64,000 nucleotides of DNA from Hyphochytrium catenoides (lineage: Eukaryota; Protista; Hyphochytriomycota). The position numbers and the translations under genes were made by a program. Location: NCBI GenBank assembly GCA_900088475.1, contig FLMG01001166.1, forward strand, positions 62,001-126,000, given 5' to 3'. The notes under the pieces are model-generated. The model was given only the letters and a program-made list of their open reading frames with translations, was not told the DNA's origin and searched no databases. This document shows, piece by piece, positions 36,470 to 47,149 of the stretch; within the stretch, counting starts at the first letter, position 1, and every line of letters starts with the position of its first letter.

Positions 36470-38812
36470 TCAGAGCTCATCGTGCACGACTCCGTGCGCC
36501 TCTGACAGAGATTCAAGATCGATTTTATCTGGAAGTACAGTGCACGCAGCAGGAGTACGCATCTTGGCTGTGTAAAGACAGGTTTCTGGCTCATCGATAT
36601 CATACACTTCCTCTGTCAGTCCGCATAGTAGGGTAACCTTTAGGCAGCAGAAGGAGAAACGTCAACCTTGTTACTGGGTTGTCAGGCAGCTTCTGCCATA
36701 CTGACCGTCATTGACCTTGCCGGGCCATTCCAGCACGAAAGACCGCCAGAGAATTTCATGACGTGTTCCTTACCAGACGCGTCAAGCGACTGGAAGTTTC
36801 TGCATGAGAAAATAGGTTAAAGAGCGCTATCTTCCTCCTTGCCGCTTCGACATAGCCTTACCCTAGAGAAATGGAGTCCTGCGATGCCTTCCCGAAGGGA
36901 CAGACCTCATATTTGTACCTGAGGACGAAGCAGACAGACCGTGTTAAGTTCCTGGCAGATCAACCTTATAGGCAATCGGAAAGCAAGTTATGTCCTCTTG
37001 CTCTAGAGGGTGCCAAAAGCCATCAGCACTCCAAGAATAGACTAGGGCATTGCATGACTCACTTTTGCTGCTGAACTGACCAGCACTTCCCTTTCAGTGG
37101 GAAGTATTCCCTCTGCGGCCCGTAGAAAACCTCAACCTCCTTCTTTAAGTCTTCCACCTTACTCTTAAGGGAGGTGACTTCAGAGTACGCCGAGTTGTAG
37201 GTATTTCTCGCATCTTCGGCCTCTGTAACGTTTGGTAAACATCATTAGCGTCTAACTATTAAGGACGGTGAAGGTGACGCCAGTACGGAATTGAGCGAAG
37301 GAGGTCGTGCAGTGACACATGTTTCAGAGAGAGCGCTGCGCTCAAGAGGAAAAGCTAAAGGAGGGAAGGGTGGAAGAAGGAGCAAAGGGCTTGTGGGTAC
37401 CAGGTCGTTTGTAATCATCTGCAGGCTTTGTAATCGCCTTGAGTTTGCTAAAGGCGTCAGAATCGGAGTCGTCCTTCGAAGCTAGCGCCTGGGGTACGCC
37501 AAAACCTCGTTTCTCCCTTGCGGCAATGATATTGTCCACAACTGCTTCACCGAACATCTGCGTAGTAATCCAAGACTCCTTGGCAAGGTGGCTAGTAATG
37601 TTGGCCACCTAACTCAGCACCCAGAGGCAGGAGTCGTTGATCCAACAATATTTAGGTCAGTGCCTTTGGGAACCAGGGAAGGGGCGGGAGGTAGAACGGC
37701 GAAGGAACTAAACTTCTCAGAGTCTAGACGGAATTAGGAAGAGCAAAGCGACGATGACGAGGGAACTACTAGTTCCCTTGGTAACACAATATGGAGATTA
37801 GACAGTGTGTCGTATACTATCTCATCAGCCTACCAGGGAAATCAGGTCTTCCTTCTGCAACTCCGCTAGACCTAGTTGTTCTGCTGCTTGGTCCAGAGTT
37901 ACCGATAAGTTTGCCCTTTCCTGAGTTTCTAGCTCTTCCTCTGTCGCTTTTTTGATCTCGGCCTCATTCAAATCGGCCTCCTTCTTCTTAAGGTCTTCCT
38001 CCAAGCGAATCACTTCCTCTTCCTTACCAGCAAATGCCTATCGTCAGGATGTGAGGGTAAGCACACTGAATGAGCGTTGGGAGGTCTAGGAAAGAGAGAA
38101 GCATATATATCAAGCGTCTGAGATCTTATGGGACAATCTGCATAGATGCCTGAAAGAACCTGCTTGGCTTCCTCAATGTATTCCTTCTTTTTGACAGAAC
38201 CAGCTTCAAATATCTTTACTCTTTCTCCCAGCTCCTTCAGATACTTGTCTGCCTGTTCGCTGCAAGTGTTCCTGCAAACTCCTGGCGCTTCATCACTGCC
38301 ATCACAACAATCTGAAGCCATCGATCGTCAGTAAGTGTAGGGAAGCGTACCATTGGGTTCGACGTACCGCAGACTTGGTCTTTGACTCGGCTTGAAAAGA
38401 TGTAGCGACCTCTGTGACCCTTATTGACGCAGTAAAATCTGCCCTGGGAGCAGGCAGCTGAGTGACACGAGTGACTTAGTTATTCCTATTTGTTGCTGCT
38501 ATGAAGCAGGGAGATATACATACAGGTGCCAGGTTCGTCAGAACCATCTTCGCAGTCGCAATAGTCATCATTCACCCGCGCAAAGGGAATGGTCTTCTGC
38601 CCACTCAAGCATGTGAAGGTCTGACAAATATCCAGCTTAGCAGCAAGCTTCCAGTCAGAACAGCGGACAATACGGACCTTTGAGGTTGAATCGTAGAGGT
38701 GACCCTTTGAGAGCGGTATGCCAAGCATCAGCTTTGAACCGTCCACCGCGGAACTACACTCGGAGAGGAGGGCAATGACAGGGAATATTGTCAAGCAAGC
38801 AAGAGCCTTCAT
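36470..38812 (-). CDS. PRKCSH: Glucosidase II beta subunit
   Basis: Signal peptide, [24 protein letters not shown], coiled coil, MRH domain (CWNGPARSM...EPETCLY) and C-terminal HDEL* (TGA at 36470-36472). Confidence 0.93.
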
Positions 38813-39498
38813 CCTTACTGCGCTGATTGTTAGTCTAGGCGCTCTCGCCCTATAGCTAGTGAAGCACTTCAAGGTGATACTCTTGGCCTGTTGCTCCTCT
38901 CTCTGCCATAGAGCTCTCTACGGATGGCTCATAAATAAGTCTTCAGTAGGCCTCGTCAATCAGACGATAGTCCCAGGCAGAGAGTTGTCAGTAAAGCTGA
39001 AAAAAACCAGGTTCTTTCTTGAGATTCTGAACTGCAGATCTATGAGCAACAGATCTCTCTTCATGCCGATACGGCTACTGTACCTGCTGAACGAATTACA
39101 GATCCAGAGATAATTTCTCCGCGATAAGCAGCCAGAGACATGTGAATATCCATGATAGACCCTGAGTAGGCAAAGGATTATCAATGTTAGCGACCGATTG
39201 TGATTCACAAATTGATCTGATATGACCTATGGAGAAGAGGATTTGTTGTGAAGCTGATGAGAAGTGTCGGCGCAACGCCCTGCGGCACGTTGATTCTTCT
39301 CAGCGGGCATCAGCAATCTTCTTCGCCGACGAAGCTCCCAGTCGAAGGTCACGCACCACCACCTGCGAGATGATTCATGGTGCCGATTAGAAGCTAGTCT
39401 ACAGGTTGCAAGTTCTTCCCACACAAGGAGCCGCTATGAGTGTGGATGGACTGAGTCCGATGAGCGAATTGTCTGCACGTTGCTGAAATTCGTATTGG

Positions 39499-39557
39499 NN
39501 NNNNNNNNNNNNNNNNNNNNNNNNNNNNNNNNNNNNNNNNNNNNNNNNNNNNNNNNN
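39499..39557. other. Assembly gap (59 N)
   Basis: Run of n. Confidence 0.99.
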
Positions 39558-40637
39558 GTAGTGAACGACAGTTGCATGTAGACCTTGATGAAGCTACATA
39601 CTTTCAACGGGTGCAGAAGGTATTCCACCAGCTTGACGTCCGCACGGCTTTCGCGACTCATGGGCAGGTTGAAGCCGCCCTGAAGACTATTGAAGACCAT
39701 AGTAAGTCAAGACTTGGAGGTTTCCTGCCACTCAATGTATCGTAATACTCCGTCTTCATAGGGAAGGGTCTTGTTCGTCCAAGTGCCGACACTCTTTTTC
39801 ATGCGACGAAGCTGAAGAACGCCATCGTCCATCCCGATACAGGTATAAGGACGCGCATTTTGCTCTTCTCCTCCGATGTTGCTAAACCTTCTTTATTTCT
39901 CAGGGGAAAAGGTCCTTCTGCCTCTGAGAGTCAGCATGATCGTGCCGATGAACCTTATTCTGGACGCTGGGATGATGTCTGCGTCGACTCTGTCTTCTAC
40001 TGTCTTCTGGCAGTGGCTCAATCAGACCTATAACGCCCTTCACTACTACGCTAATCGGAACGCATCCAATCATGATACCTCTACCCAGCGTTTAGTAGCC
40101 TACCTTGCCGCAACCGGAAGCTCAGTGTGGGCGGCTTTAAAAGTACGGAGGCTAAGCGATCAGGCACCTGCGGCTGCCCGCTGGGGCCCGTACCTTAGGC
40201 GCCTTGGGCCATTTGCAGCTGTGGCTGCGGCAGACGTCCTGAACCTTCCCTTGATGAGACAGAGTGAGTTCTTACATGGTGTGGATTTGTTTGACGAGAA
40301 CGGAAGGTATGTAGGGAAGAGTAAGAGGGCTGGTGTCGTAGCTGTCAGCTCCTGTGTGGCAGGCCGAGTCTTTGCCGCGGCACCTATTCTCTGCATCCCT
40401 CCCTTGATAATGCAGAAGCTGGAAGGGAAGGAGCTGCTGAAGCGCAGACCAGTGCTTCGTATTCCCATACTACTCTCGTTGGTAGGAGTGATGATTCAGT
40501 TCTCGGTCCCACTAACCTTCGGGTTATTCAAGCAAACGGCGCAGGTTAATGTGAGATATTTAGAGCCCCAATTTAGACGCGTCATTCGAGACGATGGGCT
40601 CTTGATGAAGTATGCAACTTATAATAAAGGCATATAG
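39558..40637 (+). CDS. SFXN: Sideroflexin (mitochondrial serine/tricarboxylate carrier); start lies in or before the N gap
   Basis: LDEATYFQRVQKVF..LDVR, AIVHPDT/GEKVLLPLRVS, FWQWLNQTYNA..YANRNAS, PFAAVAAADVLNLPLMRQSE, YNKGI*. Introns at about 39702-39761 and 39843-39903. Confidence 0.92.
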
Positions 40638-41221
40638 ATGATGATGCTAGCGACTGTTCTTCTGAAAGGCCACTACTATAAAAGATAGCATCACGGCGGA
40701 TGGCATGTACAAGGCCATTTAAGGTCTTCCATGGAAACAGTTAAAAACGACACTACTGTCAAGATAGCATTACAATTGGCTTGCACAAGGCCGTTCTGAG
40801 CGGCTCTAGATCCCGTCGTTCGGTGGGAGTCGGAGCTCTTGCTTGTGGACAGCAGATTATCCTGAAGAGGGGCCATACAGAGGGCGAATGGGAGAGCTGC
40901 GTACCTACAAGTCACAGATGGGACTATTGTTTATGAGTAAAGGTGTCGTTTATTAGTAAGGTGTCGATAACCGCTGGCAAAATTGTTACAGACATACATT
41001 AACTGACATGAGACTTTTCTACGTGAGCTGCGCACATCAGCTGGCGCACATATTCTTGGCCATTACTGATGGTCAATAGAGATATGTGCTGCTGGCTCTG
41101 TGTGGCAGATGTTTCTTCTTGTAAGAAGAGGAGCAGAGATAAGATCGACACATATGATGGAGTCATAAAATAGCGTTGTGGAGCTATCAAGCAAAACTTT
41201 TCATCAAAATTGGGTAAGCCT

Positions 41222-42472
41222 TCAGGCCACTGGATTCCAAGGACAGCTGGATTTCCATGCCTCCTTCAAGAGAGCTCGTTTCTCCTGATACGCCTCCCAG
41301 AGTTTCGCTGACTCGACACGATTACGGAGGTGACCCAAAACTGTCTTGTTTAGCAGATTGTCGTTGAGATTTGGGTTTGCACTTGACCCGGTAGGCTTCC
41401 TGGCACTGGCTTCCTTCGAAGCAGCTTGCTGGACATACATCTGCTCTTGGAGTTTTCCCTTATGTTGGAGCTGCTCAATGCTGCGCAGTATCTTTTGCTT
41501 CTTGTTAGCAGCAGGGTTTTGCGCATCTAAAGAAACCTCTGCAATCGCCTGCACTACATTGTCATCCTCAAAGCTTGGGATTTCCTCCTGTCTGCTGAAG
41601 TGCTGGACTGCTGCCATTGCAGCTCGTGAAGGCACAGGTTTCCTTCCAAAGAACCACGGATGGTTGAGAATATCATCGATGGAAGGTCTTCTAGACGGTT
41701 CAACAACCAACATCTTGTTAAGAAGGTCCATCGCATCGCCAGAGAACCAAGTGTGCATCTTCCACGCCCTTAAAAGAGCCTTGGCACCGCTGCTTTTCAT
41801 CAGTCGGAAACGATCATCCTGCACAGAAGGGAGTTCCATTGGAGGAACGCCCGTCAGCATGATAAAGAGAACAATGCCTAGAGACCAAACGTCAGCCACC
41901 GTAGCTTCATACTCCTGAGACGTATACGTTTCTGGACTCATATAGAAGAACTTGCCGACAGAGTCCGAATGTTTCTGTGAGGTGGTGGCAGACAGACCAA
42001 AGTCACATACTTTGCATGTGTCCTCATCATCCACCAGGACATTCTCTAAAGAAATATCTCTATGGGCGATGCCTTGCTCATGAATGTACCTAACTCCGCT
42101 AACAATCTGGTGAAACCAAGTCCGTGCCTGGTCCTCAGAGAAACGCTGATTTGAGGCCTCCTCGATAAGGCCATAGAGCTCCCCCTTGCCACAATACTCC
42201 AGGACCAAGTAGAGAAATCCATTCTCCGTGAACTCAGAGATCAACCTCAACACGTTAGGATGACCCCCATCCTTGCTCAGAATTTTCATTGCTTGGCGCT
42301 CAGCTTCAGCATCCTCCTTTATCCTGGTGCCGTTTAACGACTGCTTGCGAAGCGCATTGGAAAGGCGCACTCTCTTAATCGCCACCAATTCCTGGGTCTG
42401 AACGTCCTTGGCGAGGACAACATCGCCATAAAGGGCGGATTTTAGAGATCGGACGACCCGATAGTTATCCAT
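41222..42472 (-). CDS. Ser/Thr protein kinase, CAMK-like, intronless
   Basis: VAIK, HRDISLEN, DFG, GKFFYMSPE, DVWSLG; Q/K-rich C-terminal tail. Confidence 0.95.
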   Translation of the reverse strand: MDNYRVVRSLKSALYGDVVLAKDVQTQELVAIKRVRLSNALRKQSLNGTRIKEDAEAERQAMKILSKDGGHPNVLRLISEFTENGFLYLVLEYCGKGELYGLIEEASNQRFSEDQARTWFHQIVSGVRYIHEQGIAHRDISLENVLVDDEDTCKVCDFGLSATTSQKHSDSVGKFFYMSPETYTSQEYEATVADVWSLGIVLFIMLTGVPPMELPSVQDDRFRLMKSSGAKALLRAWKMHTWFSGDAMDLLNKMLVVEPSRRPSIDDILNHPWFFGRKPVPSRAAMAAVQHFSRQEEIPSFEDDNVVQAIAEVSLDAQNPAANKKQKILRSIEQLQHKGKLQEQMYVQQAASKEASARKPTGSSANPNLNDNLLNKTVLGHLRNRVESAKLWEAYQEKRALLKEAWKSSCPWNPVA

Positions 42473-44301
42473 TTTCAGCCTATCTGCCGTCTGGCAACCT
42501 CGTTAATGATCTCTTTGGGGGTGGACGTAAAGGCCCTGAGATGTTGAGGGGTTGATCAGGGCAGGTCGGCCAGAGCTTAAGAGAATCACAGAGAACGTCC
42601 TCTGATCTTCCTCTTTGCTTCCTTGACTTATGTGACGTTTGTCGCTCTGCCTTCTAGTAGATTCCTCAGAGCACAAGAGTGACAGCTGTAAGCTACCTTC
42701 TGCTTCTAGAGTCTATGACAAACGGCCCTGTCGCTTATGTACGATGACTTGTTTCTTCTAGTTGTCAGCAACATGTGTGGCGACTACCGTCGTCATCCAC
42801 AGTGCGGAAAAGAAAGAATGAGGCAGGGGCAGGACTCAGAACCAAACGGACAAGACTTTCCAGGGATTGATTGATCACTGTAGGTGGACAGGGGGTAGTA
42901 ATAACTTCTGAGGTCGTAAGCCTAAGCTCTATACTAGGCAAGAGCAATACGACGGTCGGTGTTTTGGTCCTTCCTCTGCCAGGAGCTTTTTCCTTGTCAT
43001 TCTTCGAGCGCCTCTGTCACACTCCTCGTCGTTCTCTTTGACCTCCCTCTGTCTCACTTTGACAACGGGTTAAGAATTGCCTAAGGTTTATCTCGTACCT
43101 ATTCTGTCTTGTTCAAGCTGCTGTCCTTCTTTCCATTTTTTTGTCCCCATTTCTGTCCTCTTTTGTCCCTTCCTCCTGTTTTCTGTGTCTGTATGTTGAT
43201 GCTAGAGGAAACGTCATCAGAGGGTGGGTGGGGCTGGAATATCCCGGCCTGTGTCCTATAGAATAGCGTTCTTTGTGAGTAGGTATATACAAAGGTGCTT
43301 TGTTCCCGCGATGGAAATCATCTGCACCCAGCTTGTGGGGCTGCGAGGTGGAAGGAAAAGACTTGATAACAGAGCCAAACTGGGTAAGGCGTGAGTAGGA
43401 GAGGTGTTAGAAGCAAGAGGGTTGTCGAAACGTCAAAGTCCAGCCACATCATTCTTCTTCCCCATTCACCTGGAACAGCGAGAGACAGCCAGCACCAGCA
43501 GCTGCCTGTCACGGGTGCTGATGATCTTTCTTGACGTGTCGCTCTCTGAGTCAATGTCGCTGTCGTAGAAGTGTGGTCTTTTAGAACTTGAAATAAGACT
43601 CAACAAAATTATTAGAAAGGGTTAAGGAGTTGTACGAGGAGGAGAAGGGACGAATGGGGGTGATGTTCTGTCTTCTTCCTCAAGGAACAAGGAAGAGTCT
43701 TTGTCCCCAGTATTTTTGAAACATTATGAATTAGTTCCTATCTTTCCAGGCTGCCGATATAGAATAGCTGAAATCTTCCCTACAGTGCAATTTTGCTGAT
43801 TATTTCAACATTCGATTCCTTTCGAAGGCGATCTTGATTGTTCCGAATGATCTTCAAGGAAGGTCTGACCTACCATAGTTCTACTATGCAAAAACCACCA
43901 CACAGAGGAGGAGTGAGGGTCAACGAAATAGCGCTGAATGAGTTTGTTCAATATTTCCAATGAGCAGTTGTCTCAGTGGTACAGTTCCGTCCAGAAAAGA
44001 ACTGATTAACGACGGAGTGCAAACACTCCAGTAGCAGTGGAGAAAGTTCTATAGTACCATTTGCATTTCTAGATGTCCATGGGTAAAGCCTCGTTCTGTA
44101 ATCTGGTTCAAGGGCCTGATGACAGTCTAAATCAGGTATTATTCTGATCCCCTTTGCAAGGTTCATTATTTCCCCAAGTCCCGTAAATAACTATTGCAAA
44201 ACATGGTAAGGGTGACCCATTCTTGTGCTGGGCATTCCCCTTACATTTTACAAGGTATGAATGAGCTAGGTTTCGGCGAAATCCACATCTTAGCTAGGAG
44301 T

Positions 44302-44561
44302 AAGTACTCGTAGTCCCAACGCTCTACAGCCTCACTCATGCGTCGTATCTTTTGAAAGAGGGCTGTCGTTTATGACCTCACATCCTGTGATGTGAGGGGA
44401 GAATTGTGGAAGTGATGAGCTGGGGAGCCTGTTCGGGTTCAGGTGCTTCTTAGGTTTAACAGTGTACAGCGGCTACATACCAAATCCCCCGCATTGTAGA
44501 TTAGAGGTACACGTACAGATAGTAAAATAAAAGCCTTTCTTGTATGGGACTACAAGTACTT
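44302..44561. mobile_element. Candidate Stowaway-like (Tc1/mariner) MITE, about 260 bp
   Basis: Inverted repeat aagtactcgtagtccca (44302-44318) / tgggactacaagtactt (44545-44561), 16 of 17 complementary. Can be read as TA|CTCGTAGTCCCA...TGGGACTACAAG|TA. Non-coding interior. Confidence 0.45.
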
Positions 44562-45308
44562 TTGTAATTCTGCACTGAGTGTTCTACTTCTAAGGGAATC
44601 CGTAGACAGGTAAAAGAACCCTCGTACTGTAGGGCTGAGCTCTGTCACGGCGCAGTTCGGAGTGGAGGATGAGAGGTGAGCTGCTGCGCTTTCTTACCAT
44701 TTTATCCTCTATTTCGGATGGACATTCACATCCCTTCAGCAGCCCAACACAAAATCCGAAAGGTTCAAACTACAGCCCCCTTCTCCCAGCTCTCAGCGGC
44801 ACCTCTTCTCTCACACTGCCTTCCTACTGGACATACACTCTCGGTAAACATTCCTAGAAATCTCCGAAAAAAGTCTTGGAAGACCATCACCAACGCCATA
44901 CAGTGCCTGTCAGTGTATCACTGTAGTTGTTGTAACCTGCCGTTCGCGATGGCGACAGATGGGTGTTATTTACTCGTGTTATTACTCCCTAGGCTACATT
45001 ATTGCAGGTGGCGTCTTCACCTCTAATAATAAGCGGGCGTCGCATCGGAACGGAGCTCAGCAGTACAGCAGGATGGAGATTGCTTTGGCGCAATTTATAG
45101 CTCATGGCGACCAAAGTGGAACCACGAAGAAGATAACTACGTCAAAAACTTGGAATACTACTGGGAGCATAATAAGCTCTGGTTCGGGGTTAGAGGTGTT
45201 TCCCTTTGCATGAGAAGGCCCAACGTCTCGTTTCATAAGGCCCGGCTGTCGGTCTGTCTTAGACTTGGGAGCCGGTCTGCATAATAAAGCAGAGGATCAG
45301 CCGTTAAA

Positions 45309-46730
45309 ATGCATGAAGGCGTCAGTCATCATACGCCTCTTCTAGAAGAGGAAGAGGCTGTGCAACGCTCAATAGGAAATGATGGGAGCGGGCCGCCGGG
45401 ATCGTTTCTAGAGGGAGCGACTAGCTCTAATCAAGGACCACATAAAGGACTAGCGGCGAATGTGCGGTTGAGGAGGAGGCGTTACGTGGATGTTGGTAGA
45501 GGCATCACCATCTTCCTAATGATCTTTGTGAATCACTGCGACGGAGATAAGCCCTTTTGGATTGCCCACGCTGTTTGGGATGGTATGCACCTAGCTGACA
45601 CGGTTATGCCCGCCTTTCTCTTCATTGTTGGCGTCTCGATAGCTCTTTCGACACAGAGTCACATGTCCAGCAACGAGACCATAAAAACAGCGTTGCGAAG
45701 AGTAGGCATGCGAAGCATGAAGCTATTTGCCTTGGGACTATTTCTTCAGGGCGGAAGTGAGGATGGCCAGTTTCCAGCCTTCAATCTAAGGAGAGTGCGC
45801 ATCATGGGAGTTCTTCAAAGGATATCCATCGCTTACTTCTTCACTGCGACCCTTTTTCTTCTATGCCTTCCGAAATCCACAGTCTGCACCACCCTTGGGC
45901 ACGACGGCCATCCGCTCAAATCTGCTCCGCAGAAGAGAAAGAAGAAGCGCCGGGATCCGTCGTGGGTTCTGTGGGCCGTTGCCATTACACTCTTTATCGC
46001 CTACACTCTCTGCAGTCTGTGCATCCCGGTCCCTTCCTGTCCTTATCTACCTCCTTTAGCTCCAACGTGTAACCTTGCCTCTTATCTGGATACAGTGATA
46101 CTCTCTGTGGACCATATGTACCGCTATCCTCTCTGTGTCAGGGCAGATCCTCCCTGCTTTGCTCTTGAACCTGAGGGTCTCTTTACCTCTCTTGGAGCTA
46201 TCATAACATGCTTTTTGGGACTGTATTACGGAGTGCATTTGAACAAAATGGACGTTGGCCGTCGAGTTTGCCAGAAGCTCCAGCTTGTCTATGGCTCCTT
46301 AGTAATCGGAGGAGTCTGTCTGCATGCTTCAGGCCTTCCGCTGAACAAGCAGCTTTACTCTTCTAGTTATATTCTCATGACTGCCGGACTCACAGCCCTG
46401 CTTCTCAACCTTCTCTCCGCTATAGAAGCTAAAGGTAACAAGGACTTCGAGGGGGCTAAGATCATTCTACTAGGGCAGATTCCGTTTATGTGGCTTGGAA
46501 TGAACAGCATCCTAGTCTTCGCTGGGGACGAAATGCTACATCTCGTGCTTCAAAGCTGGTTCTGGTGGGAGAGCCGGGATAGAAACTTATATAACTTCAT
46601 AGTTGGCTGTTTGAAAAGGATTGTTCACAGCGAAGCATATGCCCAACTCTGCTATGGCCTACTGATTGGGTGCTTCTGGATGTACATTGCCCGGTTTCTC
46701 TACCACCGAAAGATCTTTATAAAAGTCTAA
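45309..46730 (+). CDS. HGSNAT: Heparan-alpha-glucosaminide N-acetyltransferase-like, intronless
   Basis: RYVDVGRGITIFLMIFVN, HAVWDGMHLADTVMPAFLFIVGVSI, RIMGVLQRISIAY, EPEGLFTSL, PLNKQLYSSSY, GMNSILVF, LYHRKIFIKV. Confidence 0.93.
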   Translation: MHEGVSHHTPLLEEEEAVQRSIGNDGSGPPGSFLEGATSSNQGPHKGLAANVRLRRRRYVDVGRGITIFLMIFVNHCDGDKPFWIAHAVWDGMHLADTVMPAFLFIVGVSIALSTQSHMSSNETIKTALRRVGMRSMKLFALGLFLQGGSEDGQFPAFNLRRVRIMGVLQRISIAYFFTATLFLLCLPKSTVCTTLGHDGHPLKSAPQKRKKKRRDPSWVLWAVAITLFIAYTLCSLCIPVPSCPYLPPLAPTCNLASYLDTVILSVDHMYRYPLCVRADPPCFALEPEGLFTSLGAIITCFLGLYYGVHLNKMDVGRRVCQKLQLVYGSLVIGGVCLHASGLPLNKQLYSSSYILMTAGLTALLLNLLSAIEAKGNKDFEGAKIILLGQIPFMWLGMNSILVFAGDEMLHLVLQSWFWWESRDRNLYNFIVGCLKRIVHSEAYAQLCYGLLIGCFWMYIARFLYHRKIFIKV

Positions 46731-47149
46731 AGGATGCCAAAGTCTTCCTTAGATGCAGCCTGGTTCTAGGCGGAAATAGTTGGCTGACCATCATCAGCTC
46801 ATCGTCTTCGACGGCCAGCATGACAGAATGACTCATGCCTGGGAGTGTAAACTAAAGTGTGGTTATCGACTTTGGCCCGCAAAGCCTCAACTGCACCATG
46901 TCTGGTCTCAAGAACTTAAGAGTGCTGAAGCCCCACAAAGCTCAACTCTCTTCTCCCAGTAAATGGAGCAAAAGAGTAAACTTCGGCAGGGGACACCTGA
47001 GCTGAACTGAATGAGTGATAAGACTGCTAAGCAGTTACAGTTCTCAGGCACCTCGACCCCGGAGGTCAGAGAAGGCCGAACTCGCCGTCAGCCATGTCGC
47101 CTCAATAGGCGTTAGGAGCCCGAGAGCATACTCCGCATTTATTTAGTAT

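Noticed and set aside
41346-41918. 190-aa plus-strand ORF
   Set aside because: Antisense to the kinase, with no motif.
43700-44200. AT-richer stretch suspected of being a transposon remnant
   Set aside because: No transposase or reverse transcriptase motif recognised in the frames I inspected.
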